Positions 1-9,613 of a stretch of 26,447 nt of DNA are shown here, in pieces (the stretch's first letter is position 1; each line of letters begins with the position of its first letter). The stretch is from a virus (lineage: Duplodnaviria > Caudoviricetes): IMG/VR virus record IMGVR_UViG_3300042994_000016, positions 1 to 26,447 of that record. One strand, written 5' to 3'. A program made the translations under genes and the position numbers. The notes beneath the pieces are model-generated. The model did no database searches. It worked only from the letters and a program-made list of their open reading frames with translations, and was not told the origin of the DNA.

Positions 1-426
1 GGCGAGCTTCTTGCCGGTGAACCAGCCTTCGGTCATGCCGACAAACATGATCTTGGCCGCAATGTCAGGCCGCATGGCGAGGTCGAAGTTGCGCAGCAGT
101 GCACCCTTCAGTCCAAGCTCCTTGTCGGCGCGCTCGTAATTGACGTCCCACGTCAGTTGGACGTAGCCACGCCCATAGGGTGCTTGGCCGTGCTTGCCCG
201 AGACGCCGTACTTGCGCCCCTTCCCTCGCCCATATTCGGCGATCGGCTGCATCGTGTGAGCGGTTTCGTGGTAGGCCGTCGCCAGCATGTAGGCGAGATG
301 AGCAAGCGGCGTGCCGCGCCTCTCCGCCTCGTCGAGAATGGCGTCAGTGCCGCTAACTTGGGTGCCGGCAAGCTTGCCAGCAAACAGAGGTGCGCGCACC
401 GCCGCGAAGAACTTCGCGCGATCCAT
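1..426 (-). CDS. Endolysin, glycoside hydrolase family 19-like; 3' end runs off the window
   Basis: Not in the ORF track; my translation from ATG 426 is MDRAKFFAAVRAPLF...AYMLATAYHETAHTMQPIAEYG...YGRGYVQLTWDVNY...GMTEGWFTGKKLA. HET and YGRGYVQLTW..NY are GH19 motifs; AAGGA RBS upstream. Confidence 0.85.
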   Translation of the reverse strand, partial: MDRAKFFAAVRAPLFAGKLAGTQVSGTDAILDEAERRGTPLAHLAYMLATAYHETAHTMQPIAEYGRGKGRKYGVSGKHGQAPYGRGYVQLTWDVNYERADKELGLKGALLRNFDLAMRPDIAAKIMFVGMTEGWFTGKKLA

Positions 427-449
427 GTCTTGTTTCCTTGTGGTGGTAG

Positions 450-698
450 TTATTTCAGGCGCTGTGCGCCGTGGCGTATGGCCAGATCGATAATCTCGCG
501 AGCCTCAAGCTCGTCGAGGCAGTGTGACGGGTCGCGCAGGGCGCGTTCGACGACGCGGCAGAACACGCAATTCCAGCCCCACCGCAGCGCGATGCGGCTG
601 CACAGCGTCCTGCTAGGATGACCGCCGGTTGCGCGATTCAGCAGCCGCGACAGACCGGCGGCAGCACGCCACGCGCGGGATGTGGTCGTGGTGATCAT
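450..698 (-). CDS. Small phage hypothetical protein (82 aa) upstream of the endolysin
   Basis: Co-oriented ORF with GGGA RBS and several Cys/His; no clear transmembrane segment. Confidence 0.6.
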   Translation of the reverse strand: MITTTTSRAWRAAAGLSRLLNRATGGHPSRTLCSRIALRWGWNCVFCRVVERALRDPSHCLDELEAREIIDLAIRHGAQRLK

Positions 699-721
699 TG
701 TTGGTTCCCGTGGTGGTGAGT

Positions 722-756
722 AACGAAAACAACGCCCCCGCTTGCACGGTGGCGTT
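722..756 (-). terminator. Probable intrinsic terminator between the tailspike and the lysis genes
   Basis: Minus strand AACGCCACCG-tgcaag-CGGGGGCGTT followed by GTTTTCGTT. Confidence 0.6.
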
Positions 757-874
757 CATGATCTTGTCAGGTGTTTGACTGAATTGTCCGTTGGTAGTAG
801 GCGAGAGCCGAGAGACGCCTAATCGGGTTGCCTCCGCAGCCGGTCTTGCGGTACGCTATCTAAAGAGAGTGAAG

Positions 875-3211
875 CTATGCTTTCCGCCACCATACAGTGA
901 ACATCGTTGTCGCTAGATCGACATCTGCGCCGGTCTGGTTTTCAAGCCTTACCTTAATTGTGTCGGCGGCGCTAATCCGTGGGGTAATTTCCAGCCCCTC
1001 GGAGTCTCTCGAAACTGCAATGTCGCAGATGACATCCCCAAGAGCGACACCAGTTGCGGTGATGGTAATATCAACCTGACCGCCTGCCGCAACGAGCACG
1101 CCAGGGTCCGTCGTCGCGGAAGATTTCTGCATTGCACCGATGAACACTGAGCCTGTGCCAAGCATGGAATGCGACAACGCAGTACCGGTGGTCGGCGCGG
1201 TCGTGGGGTTATCAACCCAGCGGTTGTTTGTACTACCCGCTGCCTCCAACATGGTGCGGTGCACTTTGTAGATGCTGTTTCCTCGGACGACGTTAGCGTC
1301 GCTCCCAGTGCCATCGAGGCTTGACTGGATTTGTATGCCGACTGGCTCACGGTTTGCGGCCGCCGTGCCACCCTGCCACGCATCCATGCGGATTTGATTT
1401 CCCGACACGATAGCGAACGAAACGCCTCTCAGGTCAATCCCCCCAATGCGGTTACCCGCCGCAGCGGTAGTGAAGGTGGCCCCATCGGAGACGTGCTTGC
1501 CGAAGTCCACAATGATGTTGCTCTGAACGATATAATCCTTGCCGGTCTCAAGGTAGATCGGGCGACCCTGCATCTTCTTGAAACGGTTACCTATGATGAC
1601 AGCGGTTTCACCCTGGTTCGTCAGGCTGCTGTCGGCCGGAGAGGCGAGAATCCCATTCACGCACTCATAGAAATAGTTATCCTTGGCATGGCTCCCGAGA
1701 TGATCCCGCTTCATGTTGATGCCGTTGACACAACGGAGGAAACGGCTGTTCTGGACAACCTCAGCCTCGCCAATCAAATCGTAGGCGCCTCCGTCGTTAT
1801 TGCCCGAGAGGTAGACGCCCTGATCTACAAAACCGACAAAGTCGCAATTGTCGATCACGCCGCCAAAGCAATTGTGCGTAACGATGGCAGCATCACAGCG
1901 CCCGTACCCTATGTTGTCGCCAGATGGGGTGCTGATGCCAGCGTAGAATGAGACATCGCGGATCGAGTATCCGCTGTATTTGTAGATATCCAAGAGCGTC
2001 AGGCCAGTCGCAGTCTGCTGCGACACTCCAGAAACATCAAAGCCCCCGCCTCTCCAAGAGAACGGAGTTCGGGACGTCATTGATGGAGAAGACGACGCTT
2101 GCAAGCTGAACAGACCACCGACAAGGCCATCCAGTTCCGTAGAAATCACGATCCGAGCACCGACCGCGAATTCGATGTCTACAGGAGCGTCAACGGTTAC
2201 AGGAATGACCCGATCGGAGGCGGAATAAGACCGCACTGGAAGATCCCACTTGGGAGCGCGAACCTTCTCTCCGGTCGAAAGAGCCGTTTCGAATACCTGT
2301 CGGAAGTCATCCGTGTTGGTGCCGGATTTCGATCGCTCTGTTTCCCCGCCGTTGAAGGCGAAGATTGACCACTCATAACCGTTCGCCTTGATGATCGGCG
2401 GCGCTTGTACGGACCCGGTCAGATTCGGCGGGACATAGACTGCTAAGTCGGCATTTGTGATCCAAGCCGAGCCGTTCCAGGTGAAAATCGTGCCGCTGGC
2501 GGTGTTAAAATACTGCGCACCTGCCTGAAGTGGATTGCCTTCGAGATCCGTGGTGGGCGCAACTGCGAAAGCGCCGAGGTAGATCGTGCGAAACTCATCG
2601 AGCACCGCCTGAGCCTGCGCGATCAGCGCGGCAGAGGCCTGATCACTGAGCAGGCGGAAGGTTGATCCGGACACAATACCCAGAACAATCATGCCGGATT
2701 GCAGGCCGCCGGCAGAGATATCCGTGCCGGTGTTGTTCTTGATGGCGAGCGGGGAGCCACCGTTGAAGCTGACAAATACAGGCGAGCCGGTATTGGTGTC
2801 GGCAACATTCATCCAGATCAGCGCCGAGCCGGAAACGGGAATGCTCGTCGTCGCCTGAATGGCGTTCGGAGTGCCAGCGCCAACATCAGACGCGATGATG
2901 AAGCTGAACGGCAGATCTCCGCGGCGGGTCCACGATCCAGCGTTCGCAGCGCCGACTTTGCCATAGATCCCGTTGTTCGCGGCCACGGGATCGCCCAGCA
3001 CCCATGCCATCGAGTTGGCCGCCTTGGTGAGATCGGCATCCAGAGTGGCTTTGCTGGGATAGATTATCCCGCCGCCCGATACGAAAAGCGAGACAAGCCG
3101 CTCGAGCTCAGTGCCCCAAACTCCTACCTCCTGTTCGGAGATCGCGCGCGCATTGCCGTTCTCGTCAGCAGACGCAAAGATCTGCTGAGCAAGCTTCGAA
3201 AAGATGCCCAT
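875..3211 (-). CDS. Tail fibre/tailspike with a right-handed parallel beta-helix (pectin-lyase-like) domain; putative polysaccharide depolymerase
   Basis: 778 aa, last tail gene; N-terminal anchor region, YFNT..WNGSAW junction motif, then repeated beta-helix rungs (IDNCDF, VQNSRF, IIGNRF, VQSNII, VSGNQI, VRGNSI). Confidence 0.8.
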   Translation of the reverse strand: MGIFSKLAQQIFASADENGNARAISEQEVGVWGTELERLVSLFVSGGGIIYPSKATLDADLTKAANSMAWVLGDPVAANNGIYGKVGAANAGSWTRRGDLPFSFIIASDVGAGTPNAIQATTSIPVSGSALIWMNVADTNTGSPVFVSFNGGSPLAIKNNTGTDISAGGLQSGMIVLGIVSGSTFRLLSDQASAALIAQAQAVLDEFRTIYLGAFAVAPTTDLEGNPLQAGAQYFNTASGTIFTWNGSAWITNADLAVYVPPNLTGSVQAPPIIKANGYEWSIFAFNGGETERSKSGTNTDDFRQVFETALSTGEKVRAPKWDLPVRSYSASDRVIPVTVDAPVDIEFAVGARIVISTELDGLVGGLFSLQASSSPSMTSRTPFSWRGGGFDVSGVSQQTATGLTLLDIYKYSGYSIRDVSFYAGISTPSGDNIGYGRCDAAIVTHNCFGGVIDNCDFVGFVDQGVYLSGNNDGGAYDLIGEAEVVQNSRFLRCVNGINMKRDHLGSHAKDNYFYECVNGILASPADSSLTNQGETAVIIGNRFKKMQGRPIYLETGKDYIVQSNIIVDFGKHVSDGATFTTAAAGNRIGGIDLRGVSFAIVSGNQIRMDAWQGGTAAANREPVGIQIQSSLDGTGSDANVVRGNSIYKVHRTMLEAAGSTNNRWVDNPTTAPTTGTALSHSMLGTGSVFIGAMQKSSATTDPGVLVAAGGQVDITITATGVALGDVICDIAVSRDSEGLEITPRISAADTIKVRLENQTGADVDLATTMFTVWWRKA

Positions 3212-3233
3212 GGAAAGCTTCCTAATGTGAGGA

Positions 3234-5375
3234 TTAACCGCTGCCTTCGGGCGCAGTGACTACGTAAGTGAATGCCGCTCCAGCGGTGCCGTTGCTGGTG
3301 AGGCAGCGCGCCCTGTATTCTGCAGCGCCCATGGCGTTGAGCGTTGCCGCTTGGCCCGGTCGAACGTTTGATGAGTCTACGGTTTCCCAATTGAATTCTG
3401 GGAATCCGCTGTTCCTTTGCAACTGAATTGATGCGACCTGAACGTTGTTGGTGGTTAGAACAAACTCCAGATCGAGGCCTTCGGTCGTTGCTGATATTTC
3501 TATCGGTGCCCCCGGCACATCATTGTTCTCGACCACTGACCCGGCGAATAGATCGGAGAAGTAGCTCCCGTCGTCGCCGTTGAAGACCCGGACACGGGCG
3601 TCGATCATTTGCCCGAGAAAGTCTCCTGACACGTAAGCGCCCGACGCGGAATACGTCGGATCACCACCTGGTACCTGACTTGGAACATTACCTGGAAATT
3701 CCGTCATCGCCTGCCACGGTTGAGGCAATCCGCCGCTGTAGGTTCTATAATTAGTTTCAGCGACGTCATATTCTTGCACTGGCAGCGTGAAGCCAATCCG
3801 CAGCTCCCTGCCCCCACCGGGGTAGGTGATCTGGATCGCTGTGGTCGGTGGACTAGGCTTGATCAGGTTTGTTTCAAAACCGAGATCCGGAATCGGATCC
3901 GGCGCGACAGCCTCGTCTGTCGCTGGATTCCACGCCGGCAGATCCGGCCAGACCGTGAACGGTATCTCAACCGAACCCTGCGCATCATCGACGCGCATCG
4001 GCTCCATCCGAACAGGTAGCACGTCTCCCAGGTCCGGAAGTTCGACCGAACCCTGCAGCAAGCCCCACGCTGCAAAGCCGACCATACCAGTCTGCAACGT
4101 GCCCGTGTCTCCGCGTGCTTGCAGGAACTTCCTGCGGCCAATGCGTTGTGCTTGGCTGGCGGATGGGCAGAACGGAAGCTCAAGGTCGAAATACTTCGGC
4201 CCGTAGCGTTCGATCTCGTCCTCGACATGAGCCCAGGCAATGCCGGTTAAATCAATCTCCGCGATGTCGTAGTTCCGCTCCGATGAATAGTAACTCAGGC
4301 GGCAGACGTTTGGCCGCTCAACCGCATCGGGCCCGCTCTTCCAAGTAACTTCGATTTCGTCGGCAGGCGTGAAGTCTATGTCGGAAGAATGTGCGTCATC
4401 AACGAGTTGGAACCAGATCTTGCCTTGGTCCGTGATCCGCATTTCAGCGCCGATCGAGTCTAGCAACTGCTTCAGCACGTCGAGGCGGGATGATTCCCAA
4501 GCCCAAATGCCGCCAGCGCGCGCTCGCTTCTCAGTGCCAGTCTTCGTTGCAACGAGGACATCTGCCCTGTTGGCTTCGGCGGCAATCAGATCCCAGTCGA
4601 ACATGTCGAACGTAAAGGCCGGATCGCGACGCAACACGTGCGGGCAAGCGAGGATGCCGTTGTCGGACCACGCCGTCAGGCCAGTGCGAGGATCATAAAG
4701 CTTCGCCGCCCGAACAAGCTGCTCCGTGACCGGGATGCCGTTCTGGTAGAGCGTGAAATACTTCTCTTCCTTGAGGCCTGGATTATACCAGATCGTCAGG
4801 GATTGAGCAATGCCACGGACGCGGTGGGCCGTCGTCCACAACGACGGAAACAGCGAGATAAGCTGCGTCCATGCGGTCTCGGTGCCGTCGCCATTCTTGT
4901 CCTGCCAGTTTGCCCAGGATCCGCCCGGCCGTGCCCACGGCGGAGAACTAACATCTCCGTTGGAGTCCACAGTGACCTCGCGGCCACCGATGTAGTACTC
5001 CTCGACACGGTCGATCGGGCCTTGCAAGCGACAGGTAAGACGGGCGCGGGTTGATCCGTCGGAGTTGCCGAAAGCAGTCAGCCCGCCAACGCGTACCCTC
5101 CCAATGCCCTCCATGACGGAGGATTCGCCGGTCTCGAAGTTCGCCTTGGCGTCGGAAGGCTTGACGGCGCCGGGGATTTTCGGGCGCATCAGAAGCGAGG
5201 CCGCAGCAAGGCCAGCCGGAATGGCGATAAGCGAGATGGCGTTGGCGATGGCACCAGGAATGCCGATTGTGTAGAGCGCCGAGAAGATCGCGAAGCTCAC
5301 CGGCTCCGCGTGGGCGTGCGCCGTCATTGCCGCGTAAGAGGTGGCAGACAGCATCAGCAATTTCAGGAGTTTCAC
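3234..5375 (-). CDS. Tail tip / central tail protein (lambda gpJ-like)
   Basis: Likely GTG start at 5375 overlapping the upstream TGA (GTGA), giving 713 aa; KLYDPRTG..AWSDN and LELPFCPSASQAQRIGR motifs; fibronectin-like C-terminus; position after the tape measure gene. Confidence 0.75.
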   Translation of the reverse strand: MKLLKLLMLSATSYAAMTAHAHAEPVSFAIFSALYTIGIPGAIANAISLIAIPAGLAAASLLMRPKIPGAVKPSDAKANFETGESSVMEGIGRVRVGGLTAFGNSDGSTRARLTCRLQGPIDRVEEYYIGGREVTVDSNGDVSSPPWARPGGSWANWQDKNGDGTETAWTQLISLFPSLWTTAHRVRGIAQSLTIWYNPGLKEEKYFTLYQNGIPVTEQLVRAAKLYDPRTGLTAWSDNGILACPHVLRRDPAFTFDMFDWDLIAAEANRADVLVATKTGTEKRARAGGIWAWESSRLDVLKQLLDSIGAEMRITDQGKIWFQLVDDAHSSDIDFTPADEIEVTWKSGPDAVERPNVCRLSYYSSERNYDIAEIDLTGIAWAHVEDEIERYGPKYFDLELPFCPSASQAQRIGRRKFLQARGDTGTLQTGMVGFAAWGLLQGSVELPDLGDVLPVRMEPMRVDDAQGSVEIPFTVWPDLPAWNPATDEAVAPDPIPDLGFETNLIKPSPPTTAIQITYPGGGRELRIGFTLPVQEYDVAETNYRTYSGGLPQPWQAMTEFPGNVPSQVPGGDPTYSASGAYVSGDFLGQMIDARVRVFNGDDGSYFSDLFAGSVVENNDVPGAPIEISATTEGLDLEFVLTTNNVQVASIQLQRNSGFPEFNWETVDSSNVRPGQAATLNAMGAAEYRARCLTSNGTAGAAFTYVVTAPEGSG

Positions 5376-5779
5376 TGCAGAGCCCAGACCTTGACGATAG
5401 TCTTTACACGCGGCAGCAGCACTCGAACCCCGGAGGGCGTGGCGCGCCAAGCGAAAAGACCGTGATTAAGGAAGATGCCGCCGATCTGGCCGGCAACATG
5501 CGTATGGATGATGCCGACGTCGCCAGGCTCCGGCGCATAGAACTGCTCTCGCATTCCGTATTCATCGAGCGCCGGCGACCAGAGCTCCTCAAGTGAGCCT
5601 GCCTTTTCGATGAAGGCGACGGCATCCTCACGGCTTGACCAATGCGGCAGGCGCATACGGCGACCGTGGAACTGCTCCACCCAACGGCGAGGCCATGCGG
5701 TGCAGTCGCTATCGCCCCACACCATAGGCTCTTCTTTGGCAGCCTCGACGTAGGCGTTGACGCGATCCAACAGGTTCAT
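5372..5779 (-). CDS. NlpC/P60-like tail assembly protein (DUF6950-like)
   Basis: Likely start MNLLDRV at 5779 (ATGA overlap); WGDSDC and PGDVG motifs. Confidence 0.7.
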   Translation of the reverse strand: MNLLDRVNAYVEAAKEEPMVWGDSDCTAWPRRWVEQFHGRRMRLPHWSSREDAVAFIEKAGSLEELWSPALDEYGMREQFYAPEPGDVGIIHTHVAGQIGGIFLNHGLFAWRATPSGVRVLLPRVKTIVKVWALQ

Positions 5780-6357
5780 GCGCGGATGAGCTCCTGAACT
5801 TTGACGCCGACGAAATCGAGACCCTTGTCGCCAGGGTAGCGGCGTCGCTGGTCTGCGGGATTCCATTTGCCGCCGAAGGGGTAGTTCTGGCTTTGGAACG
5901 GGCCTTCGATCGAGAAGGCGACCGTGCGCTCGCCCTTGCCGGACCACCGCATCAGAGGAGCGGAAAGCTTGCCGGGGAACACCTTCTTGAGGCCTGCCGG
6001 CCAAGGCTCGGCCGTCTCTTGATCAAAGAGGCAGAAGAAGACGTCAGCCCGCCTGCCCTCGATCTCGCGCGCCGTGTCTTTGACCGACCGCAGAAACTCG
6101 ATGTTCACGCCGGAGATGACGATGTCGATTTTGGCGGCCTGCCCGAATCGGGGCTCCTCCACCATCCCGATCGAGACAAGCTGCTGTCCGCCGGGGTCGG
6201 TGATGCCGCGCCACTCATAGCCGCCCACATCGATGCGCCCTGCCCCGCCATGCATCCGAGCAGGGCCGGAAGGTAGATCGAGTTCAGCAAACCAGACACG
6301 CGAAATGTGCGGCCGGCGCAACCATGTGCGGTCGTCAGCAGAAAACAACGATGGCAT
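5776..6357 (-). CDS. Minor tail / tail-tip hub protein
   Basis: 193 aa; C-terminal DQRRRYPGDKGLDFV motif typical of siphovirus minor tail proteins; synteny. Confidence 0.7.
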   Translation of the reverse strand: MPSLFSADDRTWLRRPHISRVWFAELDLPSGPARMHGGAGRIDVGGYEWRGITDPGGQQLVSIGMVEEPRFGQAAKIDIVISGVNIEFLRSVKDTAREIEGRRADVFFCLFDQETAEPWPAGLKKVFPGKLSAPLMRWSGKGERTVAFSIEGPFQSQNYPFGGKWNPADQRRRYPGDKGLDFVGVKVQELIRA

Positions 6358-6363
6358 ATAAAC

Positions 6364-6543
6364 CTACTTGTTTGCAGCAACCCAGGCTGCGAGTTCTCGC
6401 ATGTGCTGGCTGCGCAGTTGAGCGACGGCTGCGGGCATGCCCTCGGCGGGCAAGCGCAGGGCCGCGCTCATCTCATCGGCGTGCAGCGTCGCAAGCTCGC
6501 TGCGCTTGAGTGCCGCGGCTTCTTCAAGGGTGCGCTCTGTCAT
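6364..6543 (-). CDS. Small hypothetical protein (59 aa)
   Basis: Below the ORF-track cut-off; MTERTLEEAAALKRSEL...AAWVAANK fills the gap between two tail genes almost exactly. Confidence 0.55.
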   Translation of the reverse strand: MTERTLEEAAALKRSELATLHADEMSAALRLPAEGMPAAVAQLRSQHMRELAAWVAANK

Positions 6544-6546
6544 CGG

Positions 6547-7269
6547 CTAGTCCGTGAAGTAGTCGCGGGCGTCGTAGTCGAACACCTCGAACAGCGAGAT
6601 CGTCAGTCCCTCAAGGAAGGCGGGTCCGCGATCGGCGTCTGGTAGGTTGTTCGCCAGAAGGCGCATAGCCATGACCGGGTATTGCGTCGCGAAGTCGTCT
6701 GTGGTGATGGCCTTTCGCAACGGTGGCCAGATGCGGTACTGCCCCGAATCCAGAACCTCCGTCACCTCGTAGTGACCAAAGTGCATCGGAAAGAACCCGA
6801 TCCAGTCGCCCATCCCGAGGCTGTGGCCCCAGGTCGTATTAGCGAGGGAAACAATTGTCGCTCCGCGCGCTGCACTTGCTGCAACTGCGACGTTCGGCTT
6901 GGTGATCTTCCAGTTCTTGCCATTGCTCCACGGCATCCCATTCGACCACGTCATGCCGTTCTGCTTCTGCGTCTTGCTGGCCTGCACGCCTGCGTTCGCA
7001 AGCGACATGCCGTCCCAGTCGCAGAGGCTCACACGCACCGCGTTTGCGCCCTTGTGTAGGCTAGTGACGAGACCTCGAGCGCGGCGCGTAAGCTGCCCGC
7101 GCATCGGCGGAAACGACAACTGGACATGCCTTGCGCCAGTCGGCGCGGCTATCGTCTGCGTAAAGTCGCCGATGGTTGTGTTGCTGCTGGCCCCGACACT
7201 GTCAGGACCAGAAAGCCATTTCCATCGGTTCCAACGCAAGCCGTTCGGCCAGGAAAGTAGTCTTGCCAT
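6547..7269 (-). CDS. Putative distal tail protein
   Basis: 240 aa immediately after the tape measure gene (TAATG overlap); IWPPLR motif. Confidence 0.6.
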   Translation of the reverse strand: MARLLSWPNGLRWNRWKWLSGPDSVGASSNTTIGDFTQTIAAPTGARHVQLSFPPMRGQLTRRARGLVTSLHKGANAVRVSLCDWDGMSLANAGVQASKTQKQNGMTWSNGMPWSNGKNWKITKPNVAVAASAARGATIVSLANTTWGHSLGMGDWIGFFPMHFGHYEVTEVLDSGQYRIWPPLRKAITTDDFATQYPVMAMRLLANNLPDADRGPAFLEGLTISLFEVFDYDARDYFTD

Positions 7270-9401
7270 TATGGTCTAACCTTCCTGACCTCGCTTTTCT
7301 GGCGGTAGCCAGCAGCGCGCTTGCTCTCTGTAGCATCCCGCTCCGCAAGGCCACGCTCAAGGCGAGCAACAGCCGCCTGATCGGCACCGCGGGCGTCGAT
7401 GTGATAGGTGGGTGCGTAGGTGGATGCGGCGCCACCAGAGGCGCGTTTCGGAACCGCGGGCGTCTGGAACTTCACCGGGATAGACCGGCCATCAGGCAGC
7501 GGAACTGCGGCCTCTGGTCCGGCCTCGCCGAAGATGGCGGCCCGGTTGGACACGCCACCGCGGGCGAACGTCTTCACCGGCTTGCCGTGCGCAGCGATAC
7601 CGCCCTTGGCAAAACCGAAGAGCGAGAACAGGCCGCCGAGGAAGCCGCCACCTCCAGCGCCGCCAGTTCCGAAAAGGGAGTTCAGGCCAATGTCGATGAC
7701 CTTGTCGAGAACCTTGTTCAGCGCGTTCGAGAGTGCATCGGCAGCCGATACGCCAGAACGCAGGTCGCTGATGAAGCCGGAGGCGATGTCCTTCGACATG
7801 TCCTTGAATTCGTTAGCCGTGTCGCGTGCGTGGTCTTGGCTCTCGGTAAGTTTCTCAGCCGCAACGCTCGCGTTGGCGTAGCCTGTCGCGAGTTGGTCAA
7901 TGCTCTCCTTAAGCGCCGGCGTGATCGCCATGCCTTCCTTCTGCGCAGCCGCAAGAAGGTCGCTTTCGGCGCGAGCCTTAGCCAAAGCGAAGCCGTAGTC
8001 GTTGACGAGCGGATTGACCTGCGACATTGCCGCGGTTTCCGCCTGAAGCGCGGCAGTGCGCTCCTTTATCTGCTCAATCTCGCGCTGATAGTCGTTGGCT
8101 CCGCCGCCGCTACCGCCTTTGCCCTTCTTGCTGCCGCTACCGGTGTCAGCAACTTTGTATTTAGGGTCAGTTAGGGTGATCTGCGTCGGCGCAGCGGGTA
8201 GACGCGCGCCTTTGTCAGTGGTCTGGACCGGGCCGGCTGCACCTTTGCCAAGAACGCTGTTCTTGATGGCTTCCGACGTTAGCTTGCCGGCCTGCTCAAT
8301 CTGACCTTCAAACGCTTGATTGATGCGGTCGGTGATACCCTTCGTCGAGGTGATGGTAAGCCCACCACCGAAGAAGCTTTTCTGCGCCCCGTCACCAGGG
8401 AGTAATTTGACGAGGCCGTTTCCGACCCGGTCGTACGTGAGGATCTCACCGAGCTTCTGTAGGAAGGTGGTGGCCCTGTTGATGCCGGCATCCATTTCCG
8501 CAGTGACTTGCTGCAGGCCAGAGATCAGGCTGTCGAAGTCGACGCTATTGACGATCTGAGCGATATCATCGATGGCGTTGCCAAAGGTCTCCCCAGCTTT
8601 AGCCGACTGATTGAACTCTCGCGCAGCATCAATGAGCGTCGTGCGCAGGTTGCTGATGCGCGAGTCAATGGTAAGGACGGAGCCAGCTACCTTCTGCTCA
8701 AGAAGTGGAACTCCGGCTTGAAAGCCGTCGAAAAACGCTCTCGATGAGAGGTTGCCGTCGAGCATGATCTGCCTGAGCTTGGCCACCGAGCCATCGGCTT
8801 CCTTGATGCCAGCAGCTGCGGCCTGAAGTATGGTAGGTGCGCCCTCTAGGATGGAGCTAAACTCTTCGGCACGCACGACACCTGCGCCCATCGCCTGGCT
8901 CAACTGTAGAAGAGCGCCACTGGCCTCGGTCGCCGACGTGCCTCCCACACGAAGTGCAAGCGATACGTTTCGGGCGAAACCTTCGATCTGCTGCGATGAA
9001 ACACCAAGTTCATTCTGCACCAGCGACAAGCGGCTGTAGAGGCCGACCAGTGTCTCGATAGGCGCGGCGTTTTCGATGGCAGCGTCATAGAGCGAGCGGT
9101 AAACGCGCTCCAGTTCCTGGCCAGAAAGGCCTGCAACCTTAAGCGCATTGTCTACGCTGGTGGCGGAGTCAGAGAGTGACTTCAGCCCTTGAGCGCCGCC
9201 GATGACGGCGAACGCCTTGCCCACACCAATGGCAGCAGCAGCTGCGCCATTGTTGATCGTCCTACCCATCTTAGCAAAACGGGTCTCAATCTGTCGGGCG
9301 CGCTGGTTTGTAACGCCCATTGCGCGGTTCAGTGAGTTTTCATATTTCTTGATGTCAGCCGAAAGCTGCACCACAAGGCGCTCAAGGTCGGTTGCGGCCA
9401 T
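7269..9401 (-). CDS. Tail tape measure protein
   Basis: 710 aa, Ala-rich and helical; ALLQLSQAMGAGVVRAEEFSSILE tape-measure domain; C-terminal FAKGG...GEAGPEAAVPL. Confidence 0.92.
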   Translation of the reverse strand: MAATDLERLVVQLSADIKKYENSLNRAMGVTNQRARQIETRFAKMGRTINNGAAAAAIGVGKAFAVIGGAQGLKSLSDSATSVDNALKVAGLSGQELERVYRSLYDAAIENAAPIETLVGLYSRLSLVQNELGVSSQQIEGFARNVSLALRVGGTSATEASGALLQLSQAMGAGVVRAEEFSSILEGAPTILQAAAAGIKEADGSVAKLRQIMLDGNLSSRAFFDGFQAGVPLLEQKVAGSVLTIDSRISNLRTTLIDAAREFNQSAKAGETFGNAIDDIAQIVNSVDFDSLISGLQQVTAEMDAGINRATTFLQKLGEILTYDRVGNGLVKLLPGDGAQKSFFGGGLTITSTKGITDRINQAFEGQIEQAGKLTSEAIKNSVLGKGAAGPVQTTDKGARLPAAPTQITLTDPKYKVADTGSGSKKGKGGSGGGANDYQREIEQIKERTAALQAETAAMSQVNPLVNDYGFALAKARAESDLLAAAQKEGMAITPALKESIDQLATGYANASVAAEKLTESQDHARDTANEFKDMSKDIASGFISDLRSGVSAADALSNALNKVLDKVIDIGLNSLFGTGGAGGGGFLGGLFSLFGFAKGGIAAHGKPVKTFARGGVSNRAAIFGEAGPEAAVPLPDGRSIPVKFQTPAVPKRASGGAASTYAPTYHIDARGADQAAVARLERGLAERDATESKRAAGYRQKSEVRKVRP

Positions 9402-9407
9402 TTAAGA

Positions 9408-9557
9408 TTATTCCTTAGACTGCAGCCAGTTGAAGAGCTCGTCTGCCTCGGCGTTCGACATCTTCTCCTCGCCACCCTGCGCCTTTACGTAGCCGTCGAC
9501 CGCAGCCAGAAACTGCCACATCGACATCTCGTTCACATGCTGCGGCGTAAAGCCCAT
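9408..9557 (-). CDS. Tail assembly chaperone, C-terminal (gpT-like) part; probably expressed as a -1 frameshift fusion
   Basis: MGFTPQHVNEMSMWQFLAAVDGY...QSKE (49 aa); the frame stays open upstream to the G-run at 9644-9650. Confidence 0.7.
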   Translation of the reverse strand: MGFTPQHVNEMSMWQFLAAVDGYVKAQGGEEKMSNAEADELFNWLQSKE

Positions 9558-9613
9558 GGCTGCGCCAACTCCATATATCGAAGCAAAGAGGATCTTGCCG
9601 TTTGGCAGATCAT

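Noticed and set aside
153-383. 76-aa minus-strand ORF from the track
   Set aside because: Out-of-frame overlap with the endolysin reading frame starting at 426
450-698. Holin
   Set aside because: No convincing transmembrane helix; holin and spanins probably lie beyond the left edge
875-3211. Diversity-generating retroelement or invertible tail-fibre cassette
   Set aside because: No reverse transcriptase, invertase or duplicated template repeat seen in the window
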